A stretch of 64,000 nucleotides of DNA from Ptychomitrium polyphyllum (taxonomy: Eukaryota), in assembly GCA_973851085.1 (NCBI GenBank), contig OZ316775.1:10478001-10542000 (forward strand), written 5' to 3'. The position numbers and the translations under genes were made by a program. Below the pieces are notes generated by a model. The model did not search any database, was not told the origin of the DNA, and worked only from the letters and a program-made list of their open reading frames with translations. How positions within the stretch are numbered: position 1 is the stretch's first letter; every line of letters starts with the position of its first letter. Below are positions 26,629 through 39,021 of this stretch, piece after piece.

Positions 26629-27351
26629 ATGGAATTCAAGTGGAAGGACACCATTGACAAGCTGGAGATTTTTTTGGCTAAGAGAGATGGCATTGACAAA
26701 ATAGTGAAGACGCTCGAGTACATGGGCAAGCTCGCTCACTACAACTTAGAAGCCAAGAACCCGATTTTGGAAGCTCGGTACAAGAATCTCGAGGTTGCAG
26801 CTGGCATGAGCCGGAAGGTGTTCCGAGCTGAGAGAACTCTCACAAGCTTCAACGCACTTCACACTGCGACCTACCCCGACCTCACCATCCAGCTCCTCGC
26901 CATCTTTGGCTACAGAGGGGAGATGGTGTACTGGCTGTTCGACCACTTCACATGGCTGTCCAACGTGGGAGTGCTCAACCCCACTGTGGCCGATTCCACC
27001 ATAGACATCTCGGCGTTCGGGAATAACGTGGTGTACATTTTCTTCATCACCATCGACGTGATCCTCATCAAGCGGGGGATGAAGGCTGAGTTGGGTTTCA
27101 AGAAACAGCTGGCCAAGCTCGAGAGGTCGGAGCATGGACTGGCAAAGAATTTGACAAATGCGGAGCAGGTAAAGATTTTGAAGAGTAAGTTTGCGGCTAT
27201 CAAGATGCAGAGAGTAATGTCGGTGATGTCCGTTGTGGCGAGAATCTTCGATCTGTTCATTACTTTGTCTGTGGTGGATCCAAATCCATTTGTAAACCAC
27301 ACTGTGACATTGGGCCTGAGTGGGTTGGCTCCTGCTTGGGCAGGGTGGTAA
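26629..27351 (+). CDS. PEX11: Peroxisomal membrane protein PEX11 (PEX11b-type), intronless, C-terminally truncated (possible young pseudogene)
   Basis: DKLEIFLAKRDGIDKIVKT, GEMVYWLFDHFTWLS and PNPFVNHTVTLGLSGL..AWAGW match plant PEX11b motifs. Confidence 0.88.
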   Translation: MEFKWKDTIDKLEIFLAKRDGIDKIVKTLEYMGKLAHYNLEAKNPILEARYKNLEVAAGMSRKVFRAERTLTSFNALHTATYPDLTIQLLAIFGYRGEMVYWLFDHFTWLSNVGVLNPTVADSTIDISAFGNNVVYIFFITIDVILIKRGMKAELGFKKQLAKLERSEHGLAKNLTNAEQVKILKSKFAAIKMQRVMSVMSVVARIFDLFITLSVVDPNPFVNHTVTLGLSGLAPAWAGW

Positions 27352-29923
27352 CAGCAGTGGCCGGAGCCTACCTAGGTCGGGTGATGTCTGGGTCAATCGG
27401 TTTCATTGATTTGAATAATAGATTCGGAGAATATTGGTTCAGTAGATATTCGTGAGCATAATTGCCGTAGCAACGAGTGAGTAGTTGAGCTTCATGTCTT
27501 CGACAACATTGGGTATATTTCATTTGTCTCTGGAGTTGCTTATAATAACTGGGATCTCCATTGTGTCCATTTTTCACTGAACCCCATATTCCTTGTGAAT
27601 GATCTTTTAGCAAGTATTGAAGTTTCAAACCTTGCAGGGTATGGAAGTCATTCTGGATATGTATATGAGATCTAACACGAGCAATAGTAAAGAGGGGACA
27701 ACCGTATTCGTGGTTTAATTAACAGTTGAGAGAATACCATACTAAGTTCCATCAAGTTGAAGGTGGTCACGAAACCGTGTGAGTGACACTAGCTAGAAGT
27801 AAGGAGCTCACATGGTTGAGTTCCGATTCAGGGGTGTGAGTCATGACAACAGGAAAAAAAAAAACAACACAATCAAAGTGAATCCAAGTTCTCAAAAACT
27901 TCACAAAGAAAACGCAAGCTATCAATAATCCTGATGGTCGGGTATCATGACAGGATTGATGATACAATCTAATTAATTAACCTTTAAACAATCATTTTGT
28001 AAATATACATTTCTGCATGACCCCGCCATTGCTTAGCTAGTACCTGTTCATTCGTAAGACCTCTCATTTGATGCAAGGTACATATAGAAGTTGTCACCAG
28101 AGCAGCTCTAAAATACTGGTCATCATGCGATGTTCGTCGAATCCTGCTCACAAAACAAGTGCCAAACCGTAGCCTCCGCTTGTGGCCAATAAGTACCACC
28201 ACCTTCGATCTTGTAAGGAAAACAAGGAATTCGGAAGCGGAAATCTCGGCTGCACAACTAGCTGTTGATCTACCAAGTTTAGTGAATACTCATGCGGGGA
28301 ATCTCACTCTCTCATGCTCAATTTCTACTGCGTGGCCAACCAGACTAGCAAGGATTACAGTGAACACAACGGTCGATTTAGTAGTGAAGACATCACTTTT
28401 CTCCTTCAATAACAGCACGACTCCGAATCCGGCGGACTAGAAAGACTGAATCAGAGGCTGGCTCCAGGCGATAAAAAGAAGATAGGAACACACCCTACAT
28501 CGAAGATCAGAACAACCGTCAGAAAAATTTACTGAACCTCAAACAATATATACCTGAACGACTTACTTCAATTTGACCTAACGGAAACTATTTGGAATAA
28601 CGATGAACATATCGTTTTCGTAACTCATTCCGAGTACAGACCAGACAGCTATTAAAGACCAAAAACTCTTATTAGGGCTCATATCCAACCTCAGTGACAA
28701 AGAGGAAAAAGACTCTTCGAACAGAATGGACCTGAGATGCAAACATTGCAACTGTAATTCTTGCTAAACACTGGCATACACATTCACAGAAGACCATTCG
28801 TTGTCGTAATAGGCTCTATGATTGTAAGTCATAATCAAAAATCAGACTGATCACATCAAAATGCATAAAACAGAAAATTAGGTATATGAACTATCTGCAA
28901 AGCGAAGAGGTTTAACAAATTGGTATGTACCTTCAGAGAATAAATTCGCAAACAAGAATCCCTTGTCGAAGAAGCCACCGAAATGAATACTGTTACTTGA
29001 TGTTGGAATTTGCGTCGTAATCTCTCAGTGGTCGAGTGTCCTGCACATACAGCACTTCGGAAGGTTACTTTTTGACTCAAACGGATACAGCAATGGCAAA
29101 AAACCTTTAAGTTTAGTGAATAAAATTCCAAGAGCTTCCATCACGACGTCTCCTATACTTGTAATACCTCTTCCATTCCCTTCTACTTTCGGGTTGCCTG
29201 GCTGTTACAACATTGAAACTGAGGAATCAAATCCTATGATGTCACGGAAAACCACACTGAAGGAAATGACGATGAAATGTACCAGTTCTGAACTGAAGCT
29301 AAAACATGTTGATCCACAGGCTTGCGGATGTGGCCGCAGTGCGTGAGCATAACTGAGGAACGTGGATGCAGATTCCCCGTAAAACCTATCTACCTAACCT
29401 ACCAATGAAGACTAGGTATATGTTTTTATCCAGCAGGAGCCAGACTTAAGTCAGATGAAGTCATCCTAAAGTTCAATTAAGAGGTAAATATTATTGTTAA
29501 AAAGCTTTTGCCTTATGAATGAAATAACCCATCGCAGCAGGACAAGAATTGTAATAGAGACGAGAGCGAAACCGCTATCAGATCTCTGGCCTTTCCACGA
29601 TCAAACCCCAGTTAATGACTCCACTCAATGCACTACGGAAGGGTATCCTCTAAAACAATTGATATGGAAGAAAGAGGGACCGATTATCAGGGTCTGGTCA
29701 ATGTCTAAACCAGAAACCAGCAACTCCTTTCATTGCAGTGAAAGGGTCGTCCATGAATGCATATTATCATCTCGAATATTTGACAAAGCTACAACTCAAA
29801 GGGTATGAATACAAATGATGGAGCCAGCTCTAGGAAATTCAATGCCACTAAATTTACAAGTTCAATGCCTGCCTGCCACTCATCACAGAGCCTGGTCAAA
29901 CAAGAGCAAGCTCCAGGTCACGG

Positions 29924-31816
29924 CTAGAATTGCCAACCAAGATACTCATCTGATGTTTCATTATTCATCGCATCTTCATCCATCATCACCGTGTTCTGCT
30001 TCAGTTCCTGCTCCAGTCCACAGATATAATTTAATCCTACCAGTAGTTCCGTGATCGCTGCCTCCGTTTTCGCCAAGTCAGCAAAGTAGAGCGTTTGCAG
30101 GAGAAGACAGTTGGTGCGAGACACCACTTGCTGCTGCTCAAAGTTATGCTCCGACTGCCACCTAATCATATTGTGAGCTAGAGGAGCCAGCCAGCTCAGA
30201 ATTCTCTCTAGTGCATCCTTCAAATCCGCAGCAATCACAGAATCATGTTTCCCAAATTCACATGCTCTCATGCTGGCACGTAACCTCGATCGAAGCGCAA
30301 TTCGCACACTCTTGGGCAGCATCCGATACAAATCGTCTCGAGCATCTTGAGCTATCAGGTGAGGATACCGGATCATCTTCTCAAGAATGATAACCACATT
30401 AGCATAATGCAATGCTAGCGCGGCTCCACCCAAAGTTGACCACGGCGCCATCCGATGCCTGCTTTTGGGGTCACAAAGCTCTCTAATGTTTTGCCTATCC
30501 TGTTTAATTAAAGGGGACTCCGTATGCCCGGGCTTGATACTATGACGAGTAACATAAAGAAGCGCAGAAGTAAACTCTTCAGTGGTTTCGGCTTGAAGAA
30601 TGGCATTTAACGACCTTTCAGTAAACACCTTCGGAGGCTCCACCACTAAGGGCCCTGACATCGGACTTGACATTGGTCCTGACAGTGGTCCTGACATTGG
30701 AATAGGTCCTGAATGTCGAATAGGACTAGAATGAGGTCTGCTAGGAAGACTACTAATGGAATTTCTTCGTGGAATCAGGAAGCCGGATGATAAAGGAGAG
30801 GAAGCAGGACGGTATTCACAAACAGCTCTGGCAGACTGGGCAGCTAAATCATTAAGCCCTAAGCCTCTGTCTTCATAGGTTGGAGTTGTAGAACCCAGAG
30901 GACTCAACGACCTTGACACGGCCTCTAAGCTAAAGGAAGATAGGTTGTTCAGAGAAGAGGAATGGTGACCCAAAGATCCTAAGCTTTGAGGATAAGACAG
31001 TCTTGGACTCGAAGAAGTTGCTTGACTGGAGGACCTATTCTGCCAGGCAGGTCTTGTCGATTCGCCGTTCTGCTGATCTGCAAAGACATGCGATAAACCA
31101 AGCATAGGTGACCCAAACACGCTAATAATTCTTCCATGAATGGTGCATACGGTTTGTGCTAACAGTTTCACAATCTTATCGTATGTATGGTTCCACAAAG
31201 AGAGGTCCCTCATGTACTTGATCTCCTGTCGCTGCCACATTGCTTTCTGTTCCAATGCACTCAGGGATTCCCCATTCGGGACTTCGTCGTCCTCTTGAAG
31301 CCTGGTCACAGCTTGCTCTATGTCCGCAAGGGCCTCTAATTCATGGTAAAGAGTTGCAGTGGAGGCGATGTACCGCTCCATCTTCTTCATTTTGGCCTCC
31401 ATTTCTTTGTGGGGCAGTTCCAGCGCTCGCAGATTTATATCCTGTCTTAAGAGGTCGTTGTAGATGTGCTCAAAAGCATGTAATGCTGGTTCTTGACACT
31501 TCTGACCAAGGCGGGCTACTGCACCGGCTACTGCCGTTAGGTCTTGCAGCTTCTCCATACATGCCAGACTTAGTAGAACAGCTTCATTGTCGGACACTAA
31601 ATTTAATACGCCTTCCCCTTTTATTACCTCTGTCCGTAGCCGGAGAATCTCCAGTTCACTGAGTGACTGCCAAAGTTGCATGCTCTTTGACATGACATTT
31701 GCCACCTCAAATGCAAGTATACCTATCTTCACTTTCTCAGCTTTATTGCCTTTTCTCTTCGAGTCTGGGGCAAGCTTCCCGGCTGCTGCTTTGATGGTGC
31801 TAACCTGGCTCCCCAT
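29924..31816 (-). CDS. DUF3475/DUF668 protein (PSK SIMULATOR-like), 630 aa, intronless CDS
   Basis: KIGILAFEVANVMSK (DUF3475) and STLGGAALALHYANVVI...ARDDLYRMLP...WLAPLAHNMIRWQSE...QTLYFAD (DUF668). The true start is taken as ATG 31816 (MGSQVS, N-myristoylation-like); the track's 31942 start is a TTG. Confidence 0.92.
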   Translation of the reverse strand: MGSQVSTIKAAAGKLAPDSKRKGNKAEKVKIGILAFEVANVMSKSMQLWQSLSELEILRLRTEVIKGEGVLNLVSDNEAVLLSLACMEKLQDLTAVAGAVARLGQKCQEPALHAFEHIYNDLLRQDINLRALELPHKEMEAKMKKMERYIASTATLYHELEALADIEQAVTRLQEDDEVPNGESLSALEQKAMWQRQEIKYMRDLSLWNHTYDKIVKLLAQTVCTIHGRIISVFGSPMLGLSHVFADQQNGESTRPAWQNRSSSQATSSSPRLSYPQSLGSLGHHSSSLNNLSSFSLEAVSRSLSPLGSTTPTYEDRGLGLNDLAAQSARAVCEYRPASSPLSSGFLIPRRNSISSLPSRPHSSPIRHSGPIPMSGPLSGPMSSPMSGPLVVEPPKVFTERSLNAILQAETTEEFTSALLYVTRHSIKPGHTESPLIKQDRQNIRELCDPKSRHRMAPWSTLGGAALALHYANVVIILEKMIRYPHLIAQDARDDLYRMLPKSVRIALRSRLRASMRACEFGKHDSVIAADLKDALERILSWLAPLAHNMIRWQSEHNFEQQQVVSRTNCLLLQTLYFADLAKTEAAITELLVGLNYICGLEQELKQNTVMMDEDAMNNETSDEYLGWQF

Positions 31817-34800
31817 AGTCCCTTTTTGATTCACCCACAGTTTAATTCGAGTTTTGAACGTTATTTCAAAAGCCGGGAGGTAAAAACCAACCCTGTGCCA
31901 AAAAACTTCCTCCTGCCCCTGGACATGCCCGCCTTTATCCAATCACAAGAGTATGACGCCTGGGAATCTGAGCTGAAACTCTGTAAAAGGTCCAAAAGAA
32001 CCAAGTTCAGAAACCCAGGTAAAATCCCTAGAAATATATTTCGACCTAGCATCAAACAAACACGGCAGACCAATCACTCCAACGCACCTGGCCATGCTAA
32101 TTCCTTCAAAGTACCTTTTTCCTGGATGATAAAAACTAAGTGAAAAGACTAACCTTGCTAAAAAAACCAGGGTACATGACGATCTTTCCATGCTACACTA
32201 GCGACTTGTTCCTCAAATTCAACGGATCATTTACCTGTTGCTCATAATCCCCCTTCTCATCAGCGACCCCAATCCAATCCTTCTTCCGTAAATTACACTC
32301 GATTGTCCTAAGCCACCAAAAGCACAATTTAGATTTAGAATAAATACATGACTGACGAAGTACAGATTTGAAAGTAAGACCAGCGTAACAGGCAAGACCT
32401 CCTACAGTACTGAATAAATAAAGCTACATTCAGAGATTGGTTCCCAAATGTAGCACATAGGCCCAATGCGGCCCCAAATAACGACCTGCATTGCAACGAG
32501 CGCGTTGCATTTGCCGACTAAAAGGAAAGGTACCACGTAATACAGGCTGTTTCAGAGAAGATCTATACTGTAGGGAAAATTGAGTCGCAACAAACATCGC
32601 GTGAATCTTGGTCTCTAACCTCTGCCCAGTATTTCAGTAACGACTGTAGTTAGATTCTAAGGACATCTGCAGTGTCTGCAAATCAAACTTGAAAATTTAG
32701 GCATTTCTGTATCAATTTTACGTCTTTAGTGTTGAAGGGGTAAGCTGAATCGGACTACACTACATTATCTATAATAGAAATCAGTACGTCCACCGAATTC
32801 GGCGAATTCTTACAGGTCTTAGCACCCTACTCACGTTTAACAAACCGACCATTTGGAGTCTGCGCTGTATCTTAACCCCTGAAGAGGAGCACCGAATCAT
32901 CGATAAAACTAACACTGGAAAATGAACACGTAAGTATATCCGCATTGGTATGAACGAGACACCAGACTGTCACAGGATGATGAGAAGCCAAAGTGATCTC
33001 CACCATCTTAAGGCTGATAGTACAGAATCCGCTCATCAAACAAAGACCAGGTGGCAATCTGAGTTCATCACAGCGACGATGAATCAGAAAGATAAGCGGG
33101 TGGAAGACCTCGTAAGATAAATCCGGTCATTGTAAGCGCATGATTCGGTAATAATCTCTAAGATCACAACTGAAATCCAAGATTCTCGAATAGCTCTACA
33201 CGCTTAACCTTCATTCTCCACCTAGCGCTCTAACCTACTGAGAACTGAAACACATCAATCTCAGATTTCTCTGCCAAGGTACTCACCAGAATGTAACGAA
33301 TCCGTGTACTAGAACTAGATTTCAACTTAAATGCACATACCAGAAGCTAGCGTCAAGATATACAGAATCCACTCCGAGCTTCCCAGCAAGTAGAAAGGGG
33401 AGCTGCAGTACACTACTACAAATGCAAAATACATGTAATCTGATAACCAAGACAGCAACCAGAAAGAGATAAGGACAGAAATATTTCACCGACAATACAA
33501 AAGAGCTCCTGTGCAGATAACGAACATTCTTTTCATCAAGAGCACGCCTAAAGCACCCCAGAGTCCAATCTCTCCCAATACACAATGACACCTCTAAATC
33601 CCACTCACCACGCTCAGACCTGCTCGCAAACAACCGACAGAAACACAAAAAAAATACCGATCATGTTCCGTCCCAGGCGCAGAAACGATACCCGGAACTT
33701 CACTCGACAGCAACAAAAACTCCTCGCTCCCGTGCCCTGAAACCCTAACGCACCGCCTCCTCAATTCCTCACCGCATCTCCCCCACATACCATTCCTCTC
33801 CCAACACCCCCCAAATCCCAAAACCTAGATCTGGCCACCTCGCACCAAATCAAACAGCTAGAGATCTCATCAACGCCTCTACTACCCTCTTCTGCAAAGC
33901 TGACCCACAGTCCCACCACCCATTCCAGCTCCCCCTTCCCCACAGCGACGAACGAGCTCCGGCTCCAAAACTTCCAACTTTTCCCACTCCCCCAACGTCA
34001 ACATCAAGGACAACATTGACAAATGCGGATCCGGCGACGAATCCAAAAGAGCAACACCCGTGACCCACCCGAACCAAAACCAGAGCCTTGGTCGCCAGGC
34101 TCCCCAGTGAGAACAACAGAGGATAAACTTAGCTTAACTTTGCTTAAGCCTGGCTTGCCAAGACGATTAAAAAAAAACACACTGAAACCAATTGCAGCGC
34201 AAAGCGGGCGGATTCAGAAGATGCAAATAGTAACCATGTGGTGGCCTAGCGCTGCTACTGTCTACACTCTGCGACGCAATTGTCGCCGTGGCTATGGCGT
34301 CGTTGGAGGGATTTGGGGCTCCGCTGCGCACTGTGGCTCCGCTCCTCTGCACCCGGGACGGACCCCCTCCCGAGGCCACGCCCATGGGGCCCCCACCCCC
34401 GGGCACTGGTGACCCTTCCCCTTTCTCTCCTTCGTGGTGGCGGACGCTGCACCCCTTTCGGTTAGTGCCACCTACACTAATTGGCTCTTAAAATGCTGTG
34501 ACTTTTTTATGTGAGGCGAGTATTTTCATTTATTATGTTCTCGAAACTCCAACAAACTGAGAGTGAGGCTGGGAAATGCAAGGTGAAGGTGAACTTTGGA
34601 GGATAGTTCTTCGGACTACAGTTCGGTAATTGTGCATGGCTGGGGAGCATAAGTAACTGCTGCCGCCTGTCAATACTCATCACGGTACTTGAGTCTTGAC
34701 GTTCTCAGTTTTTAAGTGGCCTATCGACCTCAATTGTGAAGAGGAGGGGGGGAAGTGATCGTTTCTTTTTCATCCATTCGCTTGAGTGTTTGGGATTGGT

Positions 34801-37800
34801 TCAGGTGCAGCATCAATCCAGTTGGGAATATGGGGAGATCAGAGAGGCTTTCGATTTGGTGCGTTAAAGGCACTTGAGTGTACGTTGTCATGAATGACTA
34901 CTGAGGTCTGGAAATTATGAGATTTAAGCTCTTCCTTGCGGATAGTTGCAGTGTCAATGCTGTAGCCTGCGGGAGTGGAGTACCCTATCGGATGTCCACT
35001 GGGCTATGGTGACTCTATTAATACACAACCCATTAAGTGCCTTGTTCCGATGACAAAAGCTTGTTGGTATTTGGCATTGGTGACACTCGTTTTGTGGTTT
35101 ACATGCAGGACCATGGCAAGGTTGTAGGATCGATCGCACTAAGTACCATTTTTGAAGTACGCTACACACTACATGGAAGTGTGGACCAGCTGGTACACAC
35201 CATAGAGGATGTAAAGTCTCTTTGCTCACAATGGTTGAAGAGTCAAATAGTACCGCATTATCCGGGCGTGCTGGAGGTTTGATCTGAATTATACCAAGTA
35301 CTTTCATACAATTTGGCTCAAGTTCAATATGTTGGTCTTTCACCTAGATACCTTTAAAAAAATAAAATTTAAGAGGATCCTTGACTTTATGGAAATCTAA
35401 AGTATATGGTCACCTGTGCGCTTGAGGAAGTGGCCTTGAGTTCATAACTTCGTATTGTAAGTTTTCGTTTAATTTCACACCACAGAGAACCATGGCAGGT
35501 TGCTATGGATTCCCTAGCCAGACCTGCAGAACTGCAAGCACTTGGTATGATTGCTTTCAAGCGCAGGCCAGGTACTATTTCATCTGTTGACTTTCAGTCG
35601 TCTATATTATCTCATCCAAGACACTCTCAAGCATATAGCAGGACCAGATATGGTACTTAGCACATAGCATGGGCGCTCAAAAGTCATAAAATTAAAAGAT
35701 CATGGAATGAGTGCAAAGATCATATTTTTAGTTATGGTCACATTTTCTATTTCGAATTATTTTTATTTTTAATTTAGTTATTTTACATACAAAAATAAAA
35801 ACATACAATAATAATTTATTATTTGTGTAGTATAATATTATTTGTCTAATATAAATATTATTTTTCAAAGTAAGTATTGTATCTACATAACCAGGTTGTT
35901 ACTCTTGAAGTAAATATATATGTTTTTTGACAAATAATATTCAACTCTTGAAGGTTTGATTAATATAATATATTATACAAGACTATTTATGTTATATTAG
36001 GCCACATGTTATTATTTGTGGTTGATAGAGGGGAACACAATGAATGTGTGCCATTACTTATTCATTTTACAAAAATGAAAATACAGAAAGAATTTAGATA
36101 GGATAATAGGATGTTTACCATCTATTTAAAAGGAAGTACTTCTACATTCCTATTCCATATGTATAAGCATATAAGACTAAGGTATAGTGGAAAAAGATTA
36201 TTCATCTATGGCAATCCTTCAAGGTAGTTTTTTTATTCCTAATATAGAAGGAGGAAAAAATCAAATACATAAGATGAAAAAACGTGGTTGTATTGACAAT
36301 GAATTTACTTTCATTGTATTATTTATAACAAATGCATTTTAAAATTGCATTTGAAAGAATTTCATACCTTGTTGTTCTAAGATACAACTTACATTTTTAG
36401 ATTTGGCAAAGATAATAGTTGTTAGTCGAATGACCATGTTTCACTATTAAAAGAATATTCCATTTCTTCTTCACTTCTTTGTAACTATTTCTTTTTGTTT
36501 TAAACTCTACCAAATATTGTGTACAATAAAACATATGGCCTATATAACCAATTATAATAATAGTACATGCTCATAGCTTCATGCGCTAAAGAATATTATA
36601 TCATGACAAGAAACAATAAATTTTCAATTTATTTGCATATTTAGGATTCAAAATTGAGTTTTTGATTTTCATGTGTTTAGTATAGTAGGAGTTGATTTTG
36701 TATTAACAAGAATTGAAATTTCTAGATTTTAGGTTATTTAATGAAAAAATAAAAAATTCATTTGAAATGACTAAATATATGAGTCATTTCCATATCCAAT
36801 ACACGGCTAGCAACTCTGTAGCTAGCAACTCTATAGAAATGGGTTCCAATGAAGTTAGATTTCTCTTTAAGTAGTCTTTTGGTAGGCTTATCACTTCTAT
36901 AAAGGAGAAGAATCAAGTTACTTCCACCTAGGGGAACAATTTCATATGCAAAGCAAGAAAGAAGCCCAACATGAATTCAACTTGATCTTGGCATGGTTTA
37001 CTTGCTGTAACTGCTCAAATTGCAAATCATTTCAGACATTCCGGAGGAAAAAATGTGGAATGGTACTTCTGTGGTCATTCAGTAAATTGAAACTCATTTT
37101 GCAGGTGGAGCTAGCCGCAACCATGGGAAGCAGAGCTAACCCTGAACCAACTAATGCCAGTGGCTACATTCACTCCACTTCATCAGCCTTAGTCCCTTCA
37201 GAATATTCCCCAAATTTAAAGAATCACGGCAACCATGGCATGATTTGAAAATCTACAAGAAATCGCATATTCTTCATTCTAATCGTCCTAACAGCCCGCA
37301 GGTGACGATTTGGAAATCTACTCAGCTGTCACTGTTGGACGATGCTTGAGTTGAGGAGAGAAATCCCCTAGAAATTAGCCTTGCATGGCTTGCTCAAGTT
37401 TAAGTGACATGAGTATCTGCAGTAATACTCGGAGTAGCCATAACACCAATGTCAACTGCAACAGATTTTTACCCAGATTCTAATGTCCACTGACCTTCTA
37501 TTTCGGTTCTTGAGAAGTGGCTGCACAACAACGTCCAAAAATTCTAGTTGCTTCACATTAAAGTGATGAATTCTCTAGACTTCTAACACATCTTCCTGTG
37601 CAAGGGCTTGCGTAAAGCGACTTATGTCACAAAGAGCTCATATCCATGGTGGTCCTTAGACCCCCTTGCTCCATCATGATTTGCATTAGTTCCAAGGTAT
37701 AAGATAAGTGAGTTGCATTGGTTTCATCAGAGCTCATTGTGAGTTGCAGTGGCTGCAATTCTTATACCACTGATTCAGTCTGCTAGCAATGGCATGCTCC

Positions 37801-38301
37801 ACCGTAGAATCGTTTCATATGCTCTCTGTGTCTTGAAGGTGATCTAGAGCTCTGGACGTGATCTTATGACTACCGTAGTAAGAAGGGACTACTATGTAGG
37901 CCAGAGTTGCGCATTGTTTAGTTAAGAACTTACATGATTAGAACGGATAGAAACCAATGCTTGGAATTCCACAGATCATGAAAACTTGCTCTAGTTACGC
38001 GCTCTTCCAACCGGCAAGCACATCTATGATATATTCCAGCTGATGAATACTTAAGATAAAACAATATTTTCGGTTCACATAGATCACTTGCATGGATTCA
38101 GAGTCGACAAAATTCACAGAAGCGTGAGCACAATAAAAAAAATTCATCCGAAAAAGAGCCCTTACTGCAACTTATTCAAAAAATTATGTACAAGGAGAAA
38201 TTAGGAGCTCGATCTAAGAGCAACAATAGCAAGAGAAGTGAATCCATGGCTATGTCCAGTGTCTTCTCTTTGTGAAAGGAATTCTAGAAAGCACTGCAAT
38301 T

Positions 38302-39021
38302 CTACGAACGCTTCAATTTGCACGACTTGCTAATCAACCTCGCGGGACTAACACCTAGGTTCACGTCGCAGTCCACGCGCACCTTGAACCCGGGAGACGT
38401 ATACTTTCCGATCTTCACATGCACCTTCGCATTAGCGCGGACATGAAGCGGGACGCTGTTGGCTTGGATTTGTGTTGAAAGAGCGGTCGCCGAGCTGGGT
38501 TGAAGTGCGTAATTCTGCACCTTGAGCTCCGAGGACAGTACAGTGGTATTCTGATGGCCCTGGTAGAACCCGGGGATGGAGCTCCGGCCAAACTGCAGCC
38601 CCTCGTAGGAAGTCTCCAGGTCAATGTAGTCGTACTTGATGCCGATCTTGCGGTTAGGATTCTCGGCCGTAATGTTGTAAACGAAGTCCGCGTTTAGGGT
38701 GTTGTCCTTTCCCACGGCGAAATCGACGATGTTAATTTTGTTGAGGGAATACTTCGGTAAGTGAATAGGCTTGAGAACAAGCCACAAGATCAAAATAGTA
38801 ATCCCCGCGAGAACAAGAAAGGCAAACAGCAGCGAGCAGAAAGTGGAGAGCAGACAGCAACAACACCCTGCAACGCCACCGCGGTGGCGATGTCCGCGGT
38901 GGTGAGGCTTCGCGTAAGTTGCCGGAGGCGGCAAGGTTGGTGACCCAGTTTCCGGACTGAAATTCTTCTGGTTGTACAGCATCGGCGCCTCGGGCGCCGA
39001 AGGATGCACTTGACCCACCAT
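38302..39021 (-). CDS. NDR1/HIN1-like (LEA_2 domain) membrane protein
   Basis: Cys cluster followed by a TM helix (ILILWLVLKP), then NPNRKIGIKYD and PGFYQGHQNTT, with a C-terminal VDCDV...SKSC. Confidence 0.92.
   Translation of the reverse strand: MVGQVHPSAPEAPMLYNQKNFSPETGSPTLPPPATYAKPHHRGHRHRGGVAGCCCCLLSTFCSLLFAFLVLAGITILILWLVLKPIHLPKYSLNKINIVDFAVGKDNTLNADFVYNITAENPNRKIGIKYDYIDLETSYEGLQFGRSSIPGFYQGHQNTTVLSSELKVQNYALQPSSATALSTQIQANSVPLHVRANAKVHVKIGKYTSPGFKVRVDCDVNLGVSPARLISKSCKLKRS

Noticed and set aside
26746..27396. 216-aa and 130-aa antisense ORFs over PEX11
   Set aside because: Shadow ORFs of a GC-rich coding strand with no recognisable motifs.
31817..31942. N-terminal 42 aa of the 672-aa ORF
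   Set aside because: It begins at TTG. The ATG at 31816 gives the family-typical MG start.
35037..35282. 81-aa ORF with LLVFGIG, faintly DUF579-like
   Set aside because: Only one short motif, non-ATG start, and no supporting exons.
38112..38133. cacagaagcgtgagcac resembling miR156
   Set aside because: Partial match only and no complementary arm nearby.
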